Positions 26,856-39,559 of a stretch of DNA of 64,000 bases are shown here, piece by piece (position 1 is the first letter of the stretch; each line of letters begins with the position of its first letter). The translations under genes and the position numbers were made by a program. This DNA comes from Narcine bancroftii (Eukaryota). Below the pieces are notes generated by a model. That model saw only the letters and a list, made by a program, of their open reading frames with translations. It did not search any database and was not told the origin of the DNA. Location: NCBI RefSeq assembly GCF_036971445.1, contig NC_091478.1, forward strand, positions 63,116,001 through 63,180,000, read 5' to 3'.

Positions 26856-28440
26856 TAATGGTAGCAGAGTGAAGAGGACGTGGCTTGGGTGGTGGGGGTC
26901 TTTAGGGATAGAGGCACTGCTTCATGTAGATGTCCTCAATGGAGTGAAGTCTGGTGCCTTTGATGGTGCAAGCCAAGTTAACAACCCTCTGGAGTTTATT
27001 CTTGTCCTGAGAGTTTGTGCCTCCATACCAGGCAATGATACAACCATCCAGAATGCTCTTCACAGTACACCTATAACAGTTTATAAAAGTCTTCAGTGAC
27101 ATACCGAACTGCCTCAGACACGTCAAAAAATATAGCTGCTGGCGAGCCTTCTTTGTGATAGCATCAATGTGGAGGGCTCGAGGACAGATCCTCAGAGATG
27201 TTGACACCCAGGAATAAAAAGTTTTTGACCCTCTCCACTACTGAGGCCTCAATGAGGACTGGGTCGTGTTCCCTGACTTCCTCCTGAAATTCACAATCAT
27301 CTCCTTGGTTTTTCTGACTTTGAACGCAAGGTTGTTGTCGTTTCACTATTCAACAAGCTGATCTATCTTCCTCTTGTACACTTCCTTATTGCCTTTGTGA
27401 TTCTGCCAACAACTGTGGTGTCATCGGCAAACTCATAAATAGCATTGGAATTGTGCCCGGCCACACATTCATGGGTGTACAATGAGTAGAGCAGTGGGCT
27501 AAGCACACATCCTTGGGGTGCTCCTGTGTTGATGATCAGGGAGAAATTGTTTCCAATTCGTACTGACTGTGGTCTTCCAAATAGAACGTCAAAGATCCAG
27601 TTACAGAGGGGGGTACAGAGGCCTAGAGTTTGTAGCTTCTTGACCAGCACTGAGGGAATAATGGTATTGAAGGTTGAGCTCTTGTCAATGAGTTACTGTT
27701 TTCAAAGTGATCCAGAGCTGAGTGGAGAGCTAGCAATATTGAATCTGCTGTGGAGTGATTGTGACAATAGGCGACTTGCAGTGGGTCCAAATCTTTGCTT
27801 AGTTTCTTGTTAATTCTGACCATGACAGCCTCTCAAAGCATTTCATCACAGTAGAAGTTAGTGCTAAAGGGCGGTCGTCGTTGAGGCAGGTCACACTGCT
27901 CTTCTTGGGTATCGGGATGATGATGCCCTTTTGAAGCAGGTGGGAACTTCTGACTGCAATAATGAGGTTGAAAATGTCCATGAACACTCCAGCTAGTTGG
28001 TTGATGCAGATTTTCAGTCCCCTGTCAATTATGCCATCAGGCCTTAATGCCTAGCAAGGGTTGACTTCTTGAATAATGTTTTGATATTGCTCTCAGAGAC
28101 AGATATTACAGGGTCCTCTGCCTTTTCGGGGATTCTAGTAGGCACTGTTTGGTTCTTCTTCTCAAAGCAGGCATAGAAGGTGTTCAGCTCATTGAGTAAT
28201 GACGCATCACAGCCATCTAGAGTGTTTTCCCTCACTTTATAGATTGTAATGGCCTGCACTGCCCACCATAATAGGTTTGTATCTGTCTCTGTCTCGAGCT
28301 TCCTCCAGAATTGCCACTTTTCTTCAGAGATGGCCTTCCACAGGTCATACCTGGACTTCTTGTAAAGATCCCAATCCCAGGCCTTAAACGCCCTGTTCTC
28401 ACCCTCAGCAGGTTGCAAATTCTCTGATTCATCCAGAGCT
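26856..28440 (-). mobile_element. Rex1/Babar-like LINE, degraded
   Basis: [39 protein letters not shown] and KKARQQLYFL. Confidence 0.85.
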
Positions 28441-28459
28441 ATGTGGTCTATAGTACAAC

Positions 28460-30050
28460 CCTATGAGTGTGTTTATACCTTTCCTGTTCATCAGCACCAC
28501 CCATATAACCTCTGTAGACGAGCCTTCTGCCCTGACTGAGCACAGCTATGATATTTTCCTTGACAAACAATGGCACTCCTCCCCCGTTCATCCCCTCTTT
28601 CTACTGCATCTAAAGCAAGGGAAGACCGGAACATTGAGCCGCCATTACTGCCTCTCCTGCAACCATGTATCGCTAATGACCATAATTTTTTTAAAATATA
28701 AACTTACAGCACGGTAACAGGTCATTTTGGCCCACGAGGTCATACTGCTAATTTACATGCAATTAACCTACATCCATGCAGATACGGGGAGAATGTACCA
28801 ACTCCTTACAGGCAGCAGTGAGGGATTCGAACCCCAGTGTTGATCGGTGGTGCTGTAAAGACATTGTGCTAACTAGTTTGCCAACCGTGCCTCGCCCCAT
28901 ATCATAATTCCACAAACCAAACCATGGTCTAAAATCGCCTGCCTTTCCTATAATACTCTTTGTATTGAAATAGATGCACTTTATAAAATTTCAACCACAT
29001 ACAACCCATTGATCTTTAATAGTGCATGGAATTTTCACATCATATTTTCCCTCCTCCACCCCTCCATCTGCTCTAGCACTCTGGTTCCCATCCCCCTGCA
29101 AATTTAATTTAAGCCCACCAGAGCAGCAATAGCAAACTTTCCCACAAGGATATTAGTCCCCCGCCTCCAGTTCAGATATAAACTATACCATTGTAACTGG
29201 TCCCACCTTCCCTCAAAGAGACCCCAATGATCCAGAAACCTGAAGCCCTCCCTCCTGCACCATGTCTTTAGCCATATTATCCTCCTATTTCTAATCTCAC
29301 TAGCACGTGGCATGGGTAGCAATCCTGAGATCATAACCCTGGAGGTCCTATCCTTCAACCCAGTGCCTAACTCCCTAAATTCTCCTTGCAGGACCTCCTC
29401 ACCTTTCCTACCCATGTCATTGGTCTCTATATGGACTATGACATCTGGCTGCTCACCCTCCCTCCTGAGAATGCCGTGAATTCGATCTGAGGTATCTCAG
29501 ACCCTGATACCTGGAGGCAACATATCATCTGGGATACTCGATCCCTTCCACAGAACCTCTTATCTGTCCTCCTAACTATGGAATCCCCTATCACTACAGC
29601 TCACCTCTTCTCCTCCCTTCCCTTCTGAGCCACAGGACCAGACTTCTTGCCAGAGATCTGATCACCATGGCTTGTGCCTGGTGGACCCCCCCCCTTAACC
29701 CCCAAAACAGTATCCAAAATAGTTTATATTCAGGGGAATGGCCACAGAGGTGCCCTATATTGCCTGCCTGTTCCCTTTCCCTCTCCTGACTGTCACCTAT
29801 CTACCCTCCTCCTGCCTCCTGGATGTGATAGTGTCCATGCAACTCCTGCCTATCACCCCCAAATTATCTGGAGTTCATCCATCTCCAGCTCCAATTCCTC
29901 AACTCAGCTTATCAGGTGCTGCAACTGGATGTACCTCTTGCAGATGAAGTCATCAGGGATACTGCTGGTTTACATGACAACCCACATTCTGCAAGAGGAG
30001 CATTCTCCTGCCTTCGCTGCTATTTCCACTGTTTGTGACTAGAGGAACAA
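28460..30050 (-). mobile_element. CR1 5' part (esterase ORF1, start of ORF2), degraded, with a SINE inserted at ~28705-28890
   Basis: ORF 29104..29415 (VMISGLLP...FRFLDHW) is homologous to 6682..7602. Confidence 0.8.
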
Positions 30051-31684
30051 AATGTCTAAAACCTGCCCTTACCTATGCCTACCTACTGAATCCCTTTTGT
30101 TTCTCGAATATTGTATCCCTTTCTTACTTGAACTCCTTCTACCCCTCACCTCTTACTTCTTCTCACTGAAGCCTGTTGAGCTTACCACTCTGACTCAGTC
30201 CACTCCAACGATGACCACTCACTCGATGTCCACTCTGCTACACAGCCCCTCACTTTTATAGTCATACTCAGCTTCCAGCTTTTTAAATTCTAACTCCTGC
30301 CACTCCTCAGGTCACCTGACTTCTCTTGCTCCTACAGAATATGGGATGTTTGAATGTAAATTCCAAGACTAAAATGTTCAGTCAACCTGTTAGAAACTAT
30401 TGAAGTCTTGTGAAGAAAGTTAAGATGTCGAGCTTTGTTAAAGGTAATTTTGTGTAATATTACATGTTCTGTACTATTACATGACAATAAAGGAAACAAA
30501 TCTTAAAGATAAAGGGGGCTTTCAAGTATCGTGCAAGGAAATTTCACAAAGGGGAAGGTTTGGAAAACTTAAAATAAGCCTTAATAAAACACATGAAACC
30601 AAGGAGAGAAAATTTAATAAAGCAAGTAGGGGGAGCTATAACTAATGTTTTAACATGGAGTGCTGTTAGCATCTTGTACGCACTAATTGATGGATTGTTT
30701 TATGAAATCTGATTACATGGGAATTTACAAAAGGTAATTAGTCGTGCACATTGAGGATTAATTTTCTATTTCACTTACACAAAGTGGGCTCTTGGATGAT
30801 ATAAAACAGCTCTTACAAATATCACACATGCTCACAGGATCAAGGGCTTTAAGATTCAATAGGCTAAATCTAAACAATAGCATGCATGGGCATTTTTAAC
30901 ACTTTTTTTGTAATGAGGTTGCACCCCATAACTCTTTCACCATTCTGATAACCCATTTGGAATTGACACAAATGAAGAAACATAATAGGTTGAAATATTC
31001 AAGCATTTTGCAGCTGATAACTTCGCCGTCAATTACTTCAACAGTGCTAAACAGGAAATCTGCCCTTCAAATTTTGCACACACACATCTTTCATTCTATT
31101 TTTCACTTCCTGCCCTAGATATCGATGTTGAGTAGACTGAAGTGTGACTTAAGTTCCATTTTTGCAGGAAAAGAATGGATTAGAGTATAGGGCAACTAAA
31201 TTGTGAACTTAGGAGCCATTATAAATTTGTTTCTTTGTTGCAGCTAAACCAGAGATGGTGACGATTTCTTGACCACCTGATAGTTGGGTGCAAACCAGTT
31301 CATGATACACCACCCCAAAGTAAAGTGGAAGATTTTTAAATATTTCTATGTTCATATTCAATTTAGTTCCAGGCTAATTACTTGAGCTACAAGATCACAG
31401 ATTTTGAAGATTAGTTATATGTGCAACTACATTGCACCCACTTTTGCCTTAATGTTTAACACATCCTCAATCCTTCTACCTGAATGTCCATAAAACGAGA
31501 TATTTCTTCAAATTTTCAAGCAAGTTTCCAGCTATTGTGCATGCTTCAGATTTCAGATTTATTGTCAGAAAACATACATGACATCACATACAACCCTGAG
31601 ATTTACTTTGCTGCAGCCGAGGCAGAATCACTACTTATTGGGGTAGTGCAAAAAAAACTACATGTAAGCAAAAAGAATTTTTAA

Positions 31685-31920
31685 TTTTTAAAATAATTTA
31701 GACATTCAACCCTCTAATAGGCCAATTAGGCCCTACAAGTCCATCCCACCAAATTTACACCCTTGTACATTTTTGAAGGGTGGGAGGAAACTGGAGCCCC
31801 CAGAGAAAACCCACACAGACATGGGAGAATGTACGGAGAGTGTGGGATTCGAACCCAGGTCCGGTTCCAATTACTGGCTCTGTAAAGGCGCTGCACTAAC
31901 CATTATGTCGACCCGTGCCA
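31685..31920 (-). mobile_element. tRNA-derived SINE (HE1/V-SINE-like); related copies at ~39265-39420, 43446-43680, 46370-46740 and 54045-54235
   Basis: B-box GGTTCGAATCC and the shared core CATTCTCCC..GTG..GGTTTTCTC.GGG.GCTCC.GTTTCCTCCCAC. Confidence 0.65.
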
Positions 31921-33609
31921 AACTGTAAAAAGTTGTGCAATGCAAAGAGAACAAAAAGAAATCAATAATGTGCACTTTACTTTAAAGGTTTTGATATTTT
32001 TGACTCATATTTTCCTGCTCTAAATGGACCTTTACGCTGTAAGTGTAAACTGTAATACAGATTTATATGATTGCATCATAGCAATGCTGAGTTGAAACTT
32101 CACTTTTCATACTTGGTTATACATTCCAAGTATAAGCTACTGAAGTTATGGAAACCTTTCCAATAACATTTGCAAGGAATGTGAGAACCCCATCAACTGC
32201 TGAACATGTGAAACTTCCGAATTGTCCTGTGGGGGATATTCTAGGTTTCTGAACCATCCTACTCTCAATGGAGCATCAGGAAGGGAAAATATGAGGGAAA
32301 GACTGATGGGAAATGATGGCAGGACTTAAAAATCCTATGCTTGGGATTTGGGATTGTCATGCTGGACCTTTTTGCAGCATTGCTTCTCACTTCATTTTAG
32401 ATTGCATGTTATCTCTCCTGATGGCAGTTCTAATATTTCTATAGTTTTTGCATGTGAGTTTGGATCTTCTGGATGGTCAGTGTTTGCTTGCTAACTTTTT
32501 TAATGGACAATTGCTGAAAGACAAAATATATTCCAACTTTATAACAGAATTAAAAACTGATCTGCATTTCCAAAAAATTTGGTAACCTCATTTCAATTGC
32601 CTGTATTCTTTTCTGCATGCTATTGGTGGCATAATAAGATTTTAGAAAAAGGTCATTAAGTGGGTGACTTTGTTTCCTTTATTTCACAATGTACTAATCC
32701 ACTTTGACCATCTGCTTAAAGCTTAGAAAGCATATATAATTTTCTTCTTCATCTTGGAATAGTGCTGTTAAATGTAACAGTGTCTGTGAAACAAAATAGA
32801 AACCACACGAATCAAATAGAAACTGCAATGATTCATTTTTGGGTGTAAATGTGTGCTTGTAGCGGTAGCAACATGGGGAAGTGAATTGAGCAGACCACAC
32901 ACTGTAAGTCGCATGCACTTCCAACGGTTTATTTTTGAAAAGCCTGCACTGTGCCTTATAAAGCAACACCTAAGTCCCACCCATGTGCAGGCAGTGATGT
33001 CACAGCACAGTCAAGTGCGTGTCCATGGCCTGTTTGGTCAAGGAAGGTGACGAACCCGGCGGCGCCATCTTGACACGGTTGCTTCACTGCCATGGCCGTA
33101 ACAATGCGGCACCAGTTTGCCTGCGTTCAGATGTGCCCTGCCACACAACCCCCCCCCCCCACCCAATCCCCGGAACTGGCTCTAGCCTTCTGTTCCCCTG
33201 AGCACGTTGGAGCCAGACCCTTGGGAGGTCATCCCTGGCACTTGGATTGCCCTGGCACAACTGGCTGGCTGAGGTCAAGGTGTGTGGACTTCAGCTGGTT
33301 GGCTGTGAACAGTTCCTCCCTACCCCCAATGTCCAGCGTGAAAGTTTTGCCCATATTGCGGAGGACTTTGTATGGCTAGAGGGGGACGGAATGTGGTCCA
33401 GAGTGGACATAAACAAAGTATGTGGTTAATAAGTCCTGAGGAATGGACACAGGCTGGCACCCATGTTGTGAAGATGGGGTGCGGTGTGAAGGAGGCTAGC
33501 CTGTCCTGTAGTTTCTGCAATGCTGCTTTCACCTTGGCATCCAAGTCTTGGGATGGTGGGAAGAATTCACCTGCCAGGGATATATTATAAAAGGGTAAAA
33601 TGGCATAGT

Positions 33610-33990
33610 CCAAAGAGTTAAGTAGACTCCAAGGAACTTGGTGCTCTCTACTACAGAGTTATTGATGTGTAGTGGAGGGTGGTCGTTCCTGGTCCTCCTG
33701 CAGTCTATGATAATCTCCTTCGTCTTGTCCATGTTGAGACTCAGGTTGTTACTTTCGCACCATATCACAAGATTTTCCACCTCTTCTCTGCAGTGTGACT
33801 CATTGTTGTTGCTGATGAGGCCAATGACTGTTGTGTCATCTGCAAATTTGATGCCACTATTGGAGCTGGATCTGGTGATGAAGTCGTGGGTCAGTAGCAT
33901 GAACAGGAGCGGGCTGAGCACACAGTCCTGAGGTGCACCAGTGCTCTGTGTTCTGCTACCAACCTAGACAGACTATGGTGTTTCCATTTG
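33610..33990 (-). mobile_element. Rex/Babar RT fragment
   Basis: VLSPLLFMLLTHD...IKFADDTTVIGLI. Confidence 0.8.
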
Positions 33991-33999
33991 GTTAAGTGA

Positions 34000-35290
34000 G
34001 TGAGTGAAAACTTAGCAAAATGAGTTCCAGTGTGAGGAAACACACTGTGGTGAGGGGAATTTCAGGACAAACTATTATCTGAATGGAGAAAGGCTTCAGA
34101 TGAACAAAATACTGAAGTATGATTCCAAGTGTTCCTGTCCATAAATCACAAAATATTAGCAGGTTGGTGCAGGAAGTGGCAGGGAAGGCAAATGGCTTGT
34201 AGCCTTGTATTACAAGGCAGTTGAATTCAGACATAGGCAAGATGGGAGGTATCAGAAAGTAGCGGTAGAAAATTGTTTGTCCAATTGGAGGCCGGTGACT
34301 AGTGGAGTTCCTCAGGGATCGGTCCTCGTTACGTATGTTTGACGATCTGGAAGTAGGGGTGGAGAATTGGATAAGCAAGTTTGCGGATGATACAAAGATT
34401 GGTGGTGTTGTGGACAGTGAGGATGATTACCGTAGATTAAAAGGTGATTTAGGAAGGCTGGAGGTGTGGGCTGAGAAATGGCTGATGGAATTTAATACAG
34501 ATAAGTGTGAGGTGTTACATTTTGGAAAGGCAAATATAAATAGGTCATATGCATTAAATGATAGGCTATTGAGATGTGCAGAGCCACAAAGGGATTTAGG
34601 AGTTGTGGTAAATAATACCCTCAAGGCTGATACTCAGGTAGATGGTGTGGTGAAGAAGGCATTTGGAATGTTGGCCTTCATAAATCGGAGTATTGAATTC
34701 AAGAGTAGGGAAGTTATGATGAAATTCTACAAGGCATTGGTGAGGCCAAATTTGGAGTACTGTGTATAGTTTTGGTCACCAAATTATAGGAAAGATATAA
34801 ACAAAATAGAGAGAGTGCAGAGAAGGTTCACGAGAATATTGAGAGGATTTCAAGGTTTGAGTTACAGGGAAAGGTTGTGCAGACTGGGGGTTTTTCTCTG
34901 GAGCGTAGAAGATTGAGAGGGGACTTGATAGAGGTGTTTAAGATTTTAAAAGGGATAGACAGAGTAAATGTGGATAGGCTTTTTCAATTAAGAGTGGGGG
35001 AGATTCAAACTAGAGGGCATGGTTTAAGATTGAAGGGGGAAAATTATAAGGGGAACATGAGGGGAAATTTCTTTACACAAAGGGTGGTAGGGATGTGGAA
35101 TGAGCTTCCGACAGATGTGGTCGAGCCGGGATCATTGGTTACATTTAAGGAAAGACTGGATAGTTACATGGATAGGAGAGGACTGGAGGGGTATGGACGG
35201 GTGCTGGTCAGTGGGACTAGGAGGGTGGGGATTTGTTACGGCATGGACTAGTAGGGCCGAACTGGCCTGTTCTGTGCTGTAAGTGGTTAT
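34000..35290 (+). mobile_element. CR1 3' fragments (RT)
   Basis: KFADDTKIGG, LVRPNLEYC and GNFFTQRVV. The 3' UTR resembles 10631-10700. Confidence 0.9.
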
Positions 35291-35339
35291 AAATACTATT
35301 GTTCAGGACCACTGGTGAACCTAGACCAATGTTAAGTTT

Positions 35340-37070
35340 TGGTACTTTTTAAAAATAAAATTATAAACTGAATTGTCAGAATCAGCGTGATGCCAAGGCT
35401 TCAGTATCTTTTCTTGTTACCCATTCCATTGCCCCAGGGCTTTTTTAAAAAAAAGAGGTTCAGCAAATGATCCATTGGAAAGGTAAAGTGGCTAGAATCT
35501 TCATGGAAATGTTGAAGTGGAACTATAATTTGAGGGATTTAAAATTAATGGATTTAAAAAAATTACTGGGTAGCCCAGGCAAGGTTTATTGCCTCACTCT
35601 TTGAGGGAGCAGCACCCCACCCCCACCCCCACCCCACCCCACCCCCACCCCACCCCCACCCCACCCCCACCCCACCCCCACCCCCTTCATGGACACAAAT
35701 TGGACTACACGCAGTAGGTGAAAAGATAGCAGGAGAATTCATATACAAGTGGGATGCCAAATTATTCTCAAAGAAAACAGATAACCCCTTATTAAAGCAT
35801 GTACTTCAGACATGGAAAATAATAAAACAGTGTATTGGTTGAAAGGTGGGGTTATCTCCCAAAATGCCTTTGACCCAGAATAATTTAATACCTTTGTCTC
35901 TGGGTAATAAAATCCAGGACACCTGGTGCGGGGATCAGGTGTATCAATGACTGTTACAAGTGAAGGCACCTTATGTCATTCGAGCAGTTGAGGAAAATTT
36001 GATTTATCTAACAGAACATTCTCCTGCTATCTGCAAATAAGATTTTTCTTAAGGTAAGAAATATGATCATCTATGACCCTACCCAGATGTAGTAATGTGG
36101 AGATTCTAATTCGATAGGAGGGATGTGTGTAAATTTATCTCAAAGATGTAATATATATTCCGAAGAGAGGGCCTGAAGGCGGGTTCACACAGGTCAAGGG
36201 AGAGAAGGGAGTTGGACTTGGGCACAACAATAAACAAAGAGTGGTGGCAAGACCTATGTCTGGACAGCGTAACTGGAGTCATCAATGCCAGATGCAGGTT
36301 GGTGCAATACAATGTCTTGTGAGCTGTACCGCACACCACAAAAATTACATAAATCAAAGCCAGAAATTTCAGGAATATGCTTTAGGTGAGGTGTGGAGAT
36401 TAGAACCTTTGTCCTCTCCACCTAGCTGTGTACAAGGGTGAGATCCTTCTGGGAGGGCCTGGAGGACATTCTAGAAAAAAAAATACAAAAGTGGATTTTC
36501 CATAGGATCTGGGGTTATACCTGGGAGACATTGGTGACACAAGTTTTAGACGGTCCAAATACCAAACTCAGTTCAGGAAGATCACCTTGTTGGTAGCCAG
36601 GGAGTGTATAGTGGTTACAAGGAAGTCTGACTCCCAATTAAATACCACACAATGGAATCTGGAAATGCAGAGTTTCGTTCTCCTGAAGAAAAATCACATA
36701 CAATCTAAGGACATAGGACACATTCGTTAGAATGTGCCAATGCTATTTAAAATACATTGGTACACAGATTTGACTACCTCCCCCCCTTCAAAATGTGGAT
36801 ACTGTAACAATCGGTCCCAGTAGGGAAATCAATGGACATGAAGCAAACAATGTGTTTTTTAGTTTTTCCTTACCTTTTGTTATTTAGTCACCATGGTTGT
36901 TTTTACCCCCAAGGTTTCTGTTGGGGTTGTTGACCCCACTGGTATTTATATGTCCGTATGTTCAGTTGTATTGGGGTAGGGGAGTGGCAATAAATACACT
37001 CTGTTTGTTATACGGCTGTTGAAGGGGATTGCATTGTTTGAATTTTTAGAGTCTATGAAAATGAAAAAAA
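35340..37070 (+). mobile_element. Old L1 ORF2 3' fragment containing a (CCCCA)n microsatellite at ~35614-35686
   Basis: Decayed ORF2 C-terminal similarity and an A tail near 37065. Confidence 0.65.
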
Positions 37071-37736
37071 ATTGTTTTTGGAGGCAGTCTTTCTCGGGGC
37101 TAACAATAATTAGATCTATAATATTTGGAGTTTAGGAGCATGAAGGGATGTCAGCACTGGGGCGGCCAGTGCAGGATTGTCAGCAGGAAGCAGACAAATT
37201 CTTGAAAGATCAGTATATTGAGGGAAAGTAGCAAAGAGGTGGATTTACTGAATATATAGTAAAATTATATTGTCTTTGTTGTCTGTAAATGTGCACTAGT
37301 TTTACTCGTATTTATTGTCCAATGTACATGAGATCTATTGGTCAGCTCACCACTGCATCTGGATACATGTGACAATGAACTAGAACTTGTTCAAGCATCA
37401 CTTCATTGAATGAATTCATTGTTAACTGACATCTTCTCATCTCCAAGCCGTTGAATCCGACTTGTATTCACTTTTGTTTCAGGGATATCCTGCTCTGGAT
37501 CAATTCCTCTTCAATTGCACACCAGAGCACGCACGCACGCACAGAATTGTTGTGACGAAGGCAAGCTTACTTTGATTTAAAATGAAATGAAACAACAGCA
37601 TAAACCTCAGCTTTGTTGTTTTCAGAGGTACACACTCACCCAAGAAAGTTCTGAAATGATGTAAACAAACTCTTCTGCATCATCACACACATATTCTATC
37701 TCAAAAGTCTGTGAAAATTAATAGTTATTGTAGGAC

Positions 37737-37800
37737 TTTATTTAAACAAAGCATATATAATATGCAAAACTAGACAATAAATAGAAAGTAGCAATTTATT
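37737..37800 (-). terminator. Candidate polyadenylation signals of the VJ-C1 gene
   Basis: AATAAA on the minus strand at 37795-37800 and 37737-37742, about 380-440 nt after the stop codon. Confidence 0.5.
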
Positions 37801-38177
37801 GTTTGCAAAGGTATTTCAGAAAGAGTGGTTTTGTTGACTTAAGGAGTCAACTGCTAAGGTTGATTAATTTGTCTCTCTGCCTGACTTCATTGACTAGAGT
37901 GGTGTGCTTCAGGTAAGTTGTCTGCAGTAAAGTACAAGATGACTTAGGAAGTCAGAACATAGAAATGTTTTCTAATACTGATTAAAATTTTTTAAAAAGT
38001 AATAAATATTGACAGCAATTGTGACCTTCAATGGCATGAGTAGGTGTTTTGCAGATGGTTAACCCAAATCTGGAAACTCTCAGACTCAAACATCAAAGAA
38101 TGTAAGAAGACAGTGACAATTTAAAAGAACCCATAATTACCATAAAATGCTTCTCAGGTTTTTGTTTACTTCTGATA

Positions 38178-38377
38178 TCAGACAAGCATAGGGTCACATT
38201 TTCTTTTACGGTGTTTTTTGGCCTTTGGTGGGCCATTAGTAACTTCTGATTTGCTTGGGTCAGTCGATATCATTAATATGTCATCATTTACATCATTCCT
38301 CTTTTCATATTCCGGCATCGTCACAATTGGTTGAGTGCAGCGCACGCATGCCTTTACTTGAAACTTGTCTTTACGAA
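38178..38377 (-). CDS. Exon 5: cytoplasmic tail to stop codon
   Basis: Acceptor TTTCCTATTTTTCAG, then VRKDKFQVKACVRCTQPIVTMPEYEKRN...PPKAKKHRKRKCDPMLV* in frame with the TM exon. Non-repetitive sequence, with AATAAA signals downstream. Confidence 0.75.
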
Positions 38378-39559
38378 CTGAAAAATAGGAAATGCAAAAA
38401 CACATCTGAAGCAAGTTTAAATGGATTAACTTGTGCGTTACTGATACCAAGAATTGCTGACCCAACAAATCTAAGTTGTATCCACCATCAAGATGATGGC
38501 CGCAAAATCAATCCTGGTGTCCAAGAGTTAAGGAGTCAAAAGATCAGGTGGAAATGACATTCCCATCATCGTTATTTACAAAATTGCATCCATCATTTAC
38601 AGTGGGGATATGGAAATGCCTCCTTAATAATCTGGCCACTGTTACAAAAGTGGGAACTGGGAAGAAAAACATGCTGTATTCCAGAATGGAATGTTGGGAG
38701 CCTAACTTTGAGCTTCTTTTTGTCAACTACTAAAATAATCAACATTTACTATATTTAGATGAAAGCTTCCAAAACATACTTGGCCTTCAACCAATCAAAA
38801 TTATAGTCCCAGTTTCAGTATGGGACTAGGTACCCAATGCCACTGTCCCATTAACAACATTAAAACAATTAATCTAATCAATGACTGAAAGTTTCTGAAA
38901 ACCAGAATGATACCAATTACATTTTAATGGACAGAAGTGGGGAGAGGTTCAGCAGGTCATACAGCTTTCTTTATGTAGCAAAGATACACAAGAAACATTT
39001 TGGGCCTGAGCCCTACATCACGGCATGAATAAAATGGAGAGGGGGTAGAGCACAGGCCCACAGGCAAGAGGTTGAGCTTGAGAGCAACAGGGAATGCAGA
39101 TGGGGAGCAGTGAGAAGGACTCACAGAGGACTCCCTTTGAAGAGAACAACTTCTTCAGGGTAATCATCCTTTGCAATGGAGCTGTTGCATGACATGTTGA
39201 GTCTCTCCAGCACTTTGGCATGTTAAACTGAGATCACAGCTTCTGCAAACTTTCTTGTTTAACTCCAGTCAGCTGTATGGAGTTTGCATGTTCTCCCTGT
39301 GTCTGCTTTGGTTTCCTCCTACCCTTCAAAATGTCTGGGAGTTGTCAGGATATTTGGGCAGCACTGGTTCAGGACCTAGAAGGGCTTATTATGGTGCTGC
39401 ATGTCTAAACTTTTAAAAAATTATTATAAAGAGGTAAGAATGGTGGGTGAGGCGGAAACTGGCAAGTGATTGTGGATCCAAGTGAGGAGAGGTTGATCCA
39501 TTCTACCTGCCAAGGGAGTTCAATGCCATTATCCTGGTCACTGTGTACATTTCGCCCCA

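Noticed and set aside
31244-31320. Strong plus-strand acceptor followed by AKPEMVTIS, resembling the start of a C1 domain
   Set aside because: Stops in all three frames, no C1 motifs follow, and the donor is weak.
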